Assembly (NCBI GenBank): GCA_964016885.1
Contig: OZ024745.1
Coordinates: 79,484,001-79,548,000 of the forward strand
Reading direction: 5' to 3'
DNA length: 64,000 nucleotides
DNA from: Eledone cirrhosa
Lineage: Eukaryota
The stretch's first letter is position 1, and every line of letters begins with the position of its first letter. Below, piece by piece: positions 56,001-64,000 of the stretch. The translations under genes were made by a program, and so were the position numbers. The notes beneath the pieces were generated by a model. The model made no database searches and was not told the origin of the DNA. It worked only from the letters and a program-made list of their open reading frames with translations.

Positions 56001-59000
56001 TGGCTAGTTTTGTGTGAATTAACTGCCTATTGTCATAATTATTTTTTTTTGTTTAAGTGAATTGTGTGGAAGTTGTTAAAAAAGATAATAATAATTATAA
56101 TAAATGCTCTGGGAATGATAAAAAAATATATCACACAGATACATAACCAAACCCAAGACTTACAAATATATACTATATAGAAAAATAACACTACTAGGCA
56201 TTGCAGACACAGAGTACTCCAAGACTTAATATATACATAAAACATACAGAAAATAACGCTACTAGGTACTGCACACATATTACAGAAAATAACACTGCTC
56301 ATACTGAATGTGCATGGAACTGTGCTCGGTAATCAGTAACAGCATGCAATAAAAAATAAGACTACTAATGGTTTCTTTATTAGCTACACAATATTGATAT
56401 TAAGCAGACAATGATGGCACAGGACGATACAGTGTGAGTTTTTTTGTGTAAAAAATGTTTACAAAGACTAAAAAAATAAATATTCTAAAAAATCAAACAA
56501 CAAATTCCACAAAAGTGGAGAAACCTCCAACTCGTGGAGAAAGTACACAAAAAGTCACTGTTACCCTGACCACTAGGGCAAGTGCCCTCTCTCAGTTGTC
56601 CTCTTCCAATTTACTCAGAGCAGGCCCATTTACTTGGGCTATGCTCACTACACTCTCCTACTTTTTAAAAAATTAGTTAAAAAGTAACACTTCCTTCTCC
56701 ACCTGACTTCCTACATTCTACAACTCTTGAGTTCAAATGCTGCTGAGGTTATTAGTCCAGGGTGGGGAATTGTTAGTGTTGAAGAGTGTTTTGTGGCATA
56801 TGTTCCTGCTCTGTGTTCTGAATTCAAATATTGTCTGGTATCACCAGAAAAATAGTGACATGATATGACTGGGCCTCCCTACAACTAAAACACCCAAAGA
56901 ACCTCCTATAAGATGCAACTTTATAGAAGAAAAAAAAAATGAAAAATTACTGTTCACAATTATGTAGGTTTAACTGGCCTCCTATGAAGTTGCATTTCAT
57001 AGGAGGTTTCTTGAGTGTTTTAATGGCAGGGATCTCAGTTCTATCATGAAAAGCAACATAAAATTAAGCTTCATGCTCAAGAACTCAATGCCCTACTCAG
57101 TTGAGGAATCTAACCCACAACCTGTATAGGGCAGTGAATTAGTAGTGTGTTGGACAAATGTATAATAGTCTTTTATTCCAACTCTTTAAGTTTTGAGTTA
57201 AAATCCTGCTAAAGTTAACTTTGCCTTTTATCCTTCCAGGATTGATAAAATAAAGTACCAGTAATTGAATTTCCCATTTCCCCAAATTACTACCCTTTTG
57301 TCTAAATTAGAAATTGTATTTGGTAATTAGTTGGTGAAACAGGTAAAGTTGAGAGTTTGAGATTTGTTTGTCTGTGTGTTCCTTAATCATAAAAAACACT
57401 TAGAAATCTCTCAACAAAGACAGCACAATTTTCTCCTGCATTGCATATATTTAGGGTGAAGACATGTGAAAAGCTGTTTTGTTGCAAATTCAGATGGATT
57501 GGTTAAATTGATAATCATGTAAAGATTGGCAACTGTATTTTTATTAAAGAAATTGTATCTGAGATCCCCATTTGTCTTGTTAGTTGATGGATCTACACTG
57601 GAAAAGTTTCTAAGTTCTTCTCTTTGCATGGGCTTTTTTTTTTTTTTGTGTGTATTTTGTGGAAGACCAGCAGTTACCTATATCTTCCCTCTTCACACTA
57701 TCGAATTTGTCCAAAGGAAAGGCAAAGACTGATAATGTCATCTTCTCCACACAATTAATATTGTTCTTAGGAAAGGCAAAGCTTGATACAGCTTGGCACC
57801 TTGACAAACTCAGAACAGAAAAGGCCACAAAAGAAAGATTCCACAACACATCGCAATTCCTACAATCCCCTGCCTTGTTTTGATATGTTATTTATCAGCC
57901 TAGAACAGATGAAAGCTAAAGTTGATCTCCAAAGGATTTGAACTCGGAACACTAAGAGTCAGAACTACCATGAGGCCTTTAATCCAATTCTCTAGTGACT
58001 CTGTTAATTCATACCCCATACTAGTTTCAAAAGTTATTCTTTTGAAATATATAAAGGAAATGTTTGCATAAATAATGTTATAAATGTTTTTATTCCATTT
58101 TCTATTTTTAAATAAAAAAAAAATCTGGAAGGAATTTTTACTATAATTTATTTTATGCCTTTTGTTTTTTGCAGTGCCTGCAGATCATGAGGTGTCTGCT
58201 ACCCAGTCAATGGTCCTGTCACAAAGTCTGCGCCGAGTTCGAGATACAGTGTCTAGACTCAGCACTGAACACAAAGACCTTCACAGTACAGTTTCCCGAG
58301 TAGGGAAAGCTATTGATAGAGTCAGTTGATTTTATTAACTTTTTAATTTTTTGTTTGTTTTTTTTTTTGTTTTAATATTTGATTTTAAAAGGGCAGTGGA
58401 ATATTAGAATTAGTGGTGTCGGATAAAATGCTATTGTAGTATTATTTCTGGCTCCTTACATTCTGAATTTCATATCCCACAAAGATCAACTTTGCCTTTC
58501 ATCATTTCAGGATGAGGCTGCTAGATTGGCAGAATTGTAAGAGTATCAAATGAGAGAGGCCTTGTGTTTGCATTGTGAATTTAAATCCTACCATTTCCTA
58601 CTTTGGTAGTAGACTTAATCAATTGCCTGGTATAATACAATCACCTGGCCTAGCCCTTCAGAGCTTTTATCAGAGTTTTCTCTGTTGCAAGAATTTGGAT
58701 TTGGTTTCAGATTTGAGGATAATTCCCTTCACTTACCAATCTTGAAGGTCTGAAAAAATTTCATAGGCATCACCTTTCCCTTCTTGATTGAAAAGTGAAA
58801 ATTACATGATACTAGCTTAAAAAATTCTACATGTCTTTTATATGATAATTTACATGTTTCAGTATTTTATAATCTATGTATTTTCATTGTGATACTTATA
58901 TTAGTGTATAAAATATTCAACATCCTTTCTTTCTTTCTTTTCCTCAGAATTTTAAATCTGATTTTAGTTCAATTACCACTGCTGGTGCATTTGAAGGGGA

Positions 59001-60905
59001 TGAAAAGCAGAAGATTCTAAATAAAGTTGTGTGTGAACACTTTTTACGTCAAGGAATGTTAGATATAGCTGAGGCATTAAATGAGGTAAGTAAATAGTGT
59101 ATCTTGTGATTCCATATGGATTATTTGGCAGACAGCACCCACCTACCCATGTGCTCCAAGCAGTATATAAATGCCCCTTTTTAGTCCATCAATGTCAGAC
59201 AGCATCCACTTGCTTTAAGGCCACGACCATGACCTTTCCAACTTTCAGCAGTTCAATGACTACCACAGCCCCCAACAAATACTTCTCCAGCAAGACCAAG
59301 TACACCGAGCACCCTAGTGCTGGGTCCAGGAAAATGGCCTGTGCCGTGAAATCCAAACCTTTCTGAAACAACACATCTACTCTGCCTCAAACAACTTAAA
59401 TTTATGAAACTTTCATTGCCCAAAATTCTTTCTAACATTGGCATAAAGAATACATTTAAAACAGAAAATCGACAGTCATTTAGCTTTGGACGAAATACAT
59501 AGTAGTATTTGTGTTCAAATCCTGCCATGGGTCAAATTTTCATATCACCATTAGAGTCAATAAATTAAAGGACAAATTTTGGGCAGTAGAATATCAGAAT
59601 TGGTAGAGTGTCTCTTTGTATTTTGAATTCAAATTTAGCTGTAGCTTACTTGGGTGGTGGACTTAATCCATTGCCTTGTTTAACATTACCACTATGACCT
59701 TGGATGTTTTTGGTTGAGTCCACTCTGTTGCAAGCATTTGGGTAAAGTTTCTGGTTTCAAGACACCTTTCCCCTTACCTTCGAGCAAGCTTGGATACCCT
59801 GAAAGGAAGCGTGAACACTGCTCTTTAATGAAAAAAAAAAAACCCAGAAATATAAAAACCATTTATCAAAGAGTATTTTGTACATTGCTTTTAGGAAGCA
59901 GATCTCAATTTAGAAGAAAGTAGAAAAGAACCGTTTTTGGAATTACATCGCATTTTAGAAGCTCTTAAAGAAAAAAATTTACAACCTGCATTAAAGTAAG
60001 TACACATATCTTTTGTAAACATTATTTTTTTAAATTGTTGTTACCGAGTTTTATTATAGGTATTAGAGAATTCTTTCTCTAATTCTAGGTGTAACATTCA
60101 TAATTAACATCAGTTTTTATGTAATTTTTTTTTTCCTATCTAGGAGTATTTTACTTGATTTTCTGTCTCTATTAGTATTTTACTAGGTGTTCTAAGCTAT
60201 TATTTATAGCAGTCAACTGTTGCTACAGTTGTTTTATGCATTTGGGATTCCTATGTTTTCAAAACCTCAAATCACCCAGTGCTTCGATAATGATAAAAAA
60301 TTTGTAATATTATTATCATCATCATCATCGTTTAATGTCCATCTTCCACGCTTGCATGGGTTTGGACGAGATATATATATATATATATGTACGACAATTG
60401 AGTTGGCTATATCAACTAGAAAGCCCAAATAATTCACACCAACACTGAAGACCACCACAAATAAAGAACCCAGGGTGACACCTCCCACATGCCATATCAG
60501 CAACCACTGCTGACATCCCAGATGTCACACCAGTGCTACTGTTAAATTGCCAGAGGCCTGGTAAAACTTACCAGCATAAGTAAAATACCCTAGTCACCTT
60601 GGTGCCATGACAATAAGTGCTCACTCCATACTATAAATTGGTCATGTAGGTGTCACGGCAAAAAGCACCCAGTACATACTGTAAATGTGGTTGGTATTAG
60701 GAAGGGCATCCAGCTGTAGAAACCAAGCCAAAATCAGTTCTGTATGAGCAAGATATGGTCCGCTGACCTGGCTTGTCTCACAACGGGACAGCTCAGCTAA
60801 CCCATGTTAGTGTAGAAAATGGATATGCGATGATCGTCATCATCGCTTAACGTCCATTTTCTACACTAGCATGGGTTAGACGATTTTTGGCTTGGTTTCT
60901 GTGGC

Positions 60906-60944
<39 letters not shown>

Positions 60945-63261
60945 ATAATGTGTTTATACATATATGTAAACCTACAGTCAGTAGACACCTCTTAACCAAA
61001 ATACACTCCCGTCCCACTAACCCCACCCCATCCATACCACCCCTTTCGATGTAAAGTTATGTTGGTACCACAACATCCAGTCCTAAATAAATGAGGTCGT
61101 GTAGGTGTCACGACAAAAAACACACAGTCCATGCTGTAATGTGGCCGTGTAGGTAACATGGTAAAAACCTCCCAGTCCACACTGTAAACGTAGTTGGCGT
61201 TAGGAAGGGTATCCAGCCGTAGAAAACCTGCCAGACAGTCCTATATGAGCAAGACAACCAATCTTGCTTCAAGTGGGACAATTCCTGTCCAAACCCATGC
61301 TAGCGTGGAAGATGGACGTTAAACGATGATGATGATAATGATGATGATATTTACATATTGAGAAACTACTAGCATTATGTACTTATATATATAAACAAAT
61401 AATAAATATAATCACTTAAAGATAGACTAAAGCCAAAATAAGTTTTGATATGTTTTGAATGAATATGGCCTTGAAAATGGTTGGAAATTGGTAAAAAATC
61501 ATTACTTAATGGAGTTGTAAAACAAAAACTATACTGTCAATGACAAGATTTTAAATATCAAAATATTAAAACTTCATAAATATATTCTCCACTCATGAGA
61601 ATTTCAAAACTGCGCCATCTAAACAATGTATTGATTAGCTGCCTTGGCTTATACACAGGATTTGGATTTTTGCCTTTTTTTCTTAGGAAGTCAGCTTATA
61701 TTTGGTTCGGTTTATATTCAAGTATATACAGTAATTTAATTATTTTTACTTGTATTTGTTTCTCAACAGATGGGCTGAGTCTAACAGATCAAAATTGATG
61801 GCCCAAAACAGTTCTTTAGAATTCAAATTACATCGGTTACAGTTTATCAGCTTGATTCGCCAAGGTCAGAGCAAACAAATGGTAGCACTATTGTATTCAA
61901 AAAACTTTGCTCCTTTTGCTAGTCAACATGCTAAAGGTGAGTATTTTTGTTTTACATTGAAATCTGAATAACACTAGAACTACATTGTTATTAACTTCCT
62001 GATATGACAAGAACTTGAGACAAAAAAGTTTGCTTTGATTTTCTTCAAGATAATATATCATCATCATCATCATCATCATATATATATAGTTAGTGAGAAT
62101 GATTCTGTGGATGAGAGGAGTATCATTCAGAGAAATGAATTGCAGATGATGATGGGATTAGAGCCTATGTTGAATGTTGTGAAAAGAAATGGAATGAGAT
62201 GGTTGATTCATGTGTTGAGGAAAGATGAAAGTAGCTGGGTAAAAAGAGTGATGGAAATGAATGTGGAAGGAAGTTGGGTAAAAGGAAGACCAAGAAAGAC
62301 ATGGCTACAAATGATGAAGAAAGAAATGTTGGGTGAAAACAATAGGGTAAAATTGAGTGGCTGTGAGGTTAATGTTGTGAACCACTGACTATTACTTAAA
62401 TGTTAACGAAACAACTCTGGAATGCTCCATAACAAAGCTCACTGCTTGTTGCATATTGTCAGACTAACAAAAGACAGTTAAATGGTTAGCAGTAAGATAT
62501 ATATCCTATACATGTCAGCATCGAAAATGATTGTAGAACAGTATTTTTCAAGCGACACAGTTTGATTCTCTGTAGTGGTAGCTGGCAACTATTTTCTCTC
62601 CTTAAGGATATTTTACCTGATTTTTCAAAGCTGTTCTTTATTATTTATAGCAAATTCTGTATTTGAATTCCAACATTTCAAAAAGAAAAGCTTGGTATTG
62701 CATGTGCTAAGTTTTCAGCTGTTCAACAAATTATTCAACTGTGACAGGGGGTCGTAGCTGGAAAGCTGACTCAAATAGGGTTTGATAAAATATGCATATT
62801 CAATTGTGATTTATTATCAAGATGTCTGGTTAATTCTTTCAATTTTCTAACAATAACAATGCAATTTATACTTTTCTCAGACAGTATTTATAAATATATA
62901 AAGAAAAATAATTCAATAAAACATAAGCAGAAATACGTATTATGCCAAGAAATTTTGAGTGGATTATCTCATCTCAAAATGTAATAATAAAAAAACAAAA
63001 CAACTAAATTAAATCAATGTAACATTTGGTATGATTGAAATAAAAAAAAAATTAACTGTTTTCGTGTTTTTTTTTCTTTCTATTTTCTTTTTTAGATCTA
63101 CAGGTTTTAATGGGAAGTCTGTTGTACTTACATCAAGATATTGAAAAGTCACCCTATGCATATTTATTTGAACCTATTTATTGGGCAGAAATATGTGATG
63201 TTTTCACACGTGATGCCTGTTCATTAATGGGACTGTCAGTCGAAAGTCCTCTTACAGTCAG
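52336..63261 (+). CDS. RMND5A: E3 ubiquitin ligase RMND5/GID2 (CTLH complex), first six exons; 3' end beyond the window
   Basis: Exons 52336-52471, 58175-58320, 58948-59085, 59895-59995, 61770-61936 and 63096-63261 in consistent phase. Peptides [47 protein letters not shown] (LisH), [11 protein letters not shown] (CTLH), [17 protein letters not shown] (CRA). The A/B split is vertebrate-specific, so the symbol denotes the family. Confidence 0.93.
52879..53096. repeat. Inverted repeat centred on (TA)n
   Basis: TGTATTGAGACGACTCTTCGTAAT... pairs with ...ATTACGAAGAGTCGTCTCAATACA; arms about 70 bp. Confidence 0.9.
55515..55782. repeat. Decayed foldback element
   Basis: GAATTGGATGG..AAATGTTAAAAATATGAT against ATCATATTTTTAACATTT..CCATCCAATTC, plus further internal inverted blocks. 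Confidence 0.75.
56876..57033. repeat. Imperfect inverted repeat (MITE-like)
   Basis: AAAACACCCAAAGAACCTCCTATAAGATGCAACTTTATAG against CTATGAAGTTGCATTTCATAGGAGGTTTCTTGAGTGTTTT. Confidence 0.7.
58175..58320 (+). CDS. RMND5A: RMND5 exon 2
   Basis: ..[21 protein letters not shown]. Confidence 0.93.
58948..59085 (+). CDS. RMND5A: RMND5 exon 3
   Basis: [23 protein letters not shown]. Confidence 0.93.
59895..59995 (+). CDS. RMND5A: RMND5 exon 4
   Basis: [33 protein letters not shown]. Confidence 0.93.
60965..61348 (+). mobile_element. RTE 3' UTR-only fragment
   Basis: Colinear with the 3' UTR of copies 4 and 5; (GAT)n tail. Confidence 0.9.
61770..61936 (+). CDS. RMND5A: RMND5 exon 5
   Basis: [38 protein letters not shown]. 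Confidence 0.93.
62110..62335 (+). mobile_element. Old RTE C-terminal fragment
   Basis: [33 protein letters not shown]. Confidence 0.8.
63096..63261 (+). CDS. RMND5A: RMND5 exon 6
   Basis: [40 protein letters not shown]. Confidence 0.93.
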
Positions 63262-63542
63262 GTAAGTAGATCCATAATAATTAATTTAAAATAATGTATA
63301 TTAACTGTTAACATCCTGCACTCCATGAAACCACATTAGCAAGATATTCTTGAAAAGTACAAAACAGCACTATTAAAAGGTTTTTACTTGAGTTTACTGC
63401 AAATCTTCACAATGCTCTGTCCATCATCATCATCATTTTATGTCCACTTTTCCCTGCTTGCAAGGGTGGGACGGGAACTGATTCTGTCCATCAGTAAAGA
63501 TAATTTAAATCAACAAATCTTCACAATTCATCAGTAAAGATT

Positions 63543-63828
63543 CATCATTTCATTTTTCATCATTTCATTTTACGTCCGCTTTTTCCCTGCTTGCAAGGGT
63601 GGGACGGGAACTGATGCTGGCTTGATTTCTACAGCTGGATGCCCTTCCTAACACCAACCTCATTTACAGTGAGTGCTGGGTGCTTTTTTGCCGTGGCACC
63701 TCCACGACCACTTTTCAGTGGCATGATATGGACCCCAGTCCCTATCATCTCATTTCTACAGCTGAGTAAACTGGAGCAATGTGAAATAAAGTGTCTTGCT
63801 CAAGGAAACAACACATCACCCGGTCTGA
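63543..63828 (-). mobile_element. SINE of the 14485 family, head truncated
   Basis: Reverse complement of about 14545-14830. Confidence 0.9.
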
Positions 63829-64000
63829 ATTCTATAAAATTTTAAATTAACAAACCTGTTTTTAGATATTTTCTGCTAAAACATTATTATCCAATAATAA
63901 CTGACTATGGGATTTGACAGGTCATATAAATCAATTTAATCTGAAATTGCAAGGTGAAAACAATTAGCAAAGTATTTAGAGCATAACTTTTGCCCAAGTA

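Overview
AT-rich, microsatellite-dense eukaryotic (metazoan) genomic DNA. The RTE/SINE repertoire resembles octopus or another coleoid cephalopod; this is inference. There are two + strand multi-exon genes. The first is a DDX56/DBP9 DEAD-box helicase with 16 exons traced at 18560-49631; its first coding exon was not found. The second is the 5' six exons of RMND5/GID2, a CTLH E3 ligase subunit (52336-63261, continuing past the window). Most of the rest is mobile DNA: five large copies of one RTE LINE family whose RT carries a PHD-type finger, a complete but frameshifted CsRn1-clade Ty3/Gypsy element, a CR1 fragment, a Penelope-like RT fossil, piggyBac, Tigger, hAT and Helitron derivatives, and tRNA-derived SINEs. 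The most notable unannotated signals are RNA-structural. (i) Several minimal type-I hammerhead ribozyme motifs from at least three sequence families, one with a 116-nt stem II and two facing each other in a foldback. (ii) A chain of putative H-type pseudoknots, with one compensatory change, in the 3' tail shared by the RTE LINE and a SINE and amplified into tandem arrays. (iii) Duplicated tRNA-Trp PBS-like motifs inside both Gypsy LTRs. All structures were folded by eye; none were computed.
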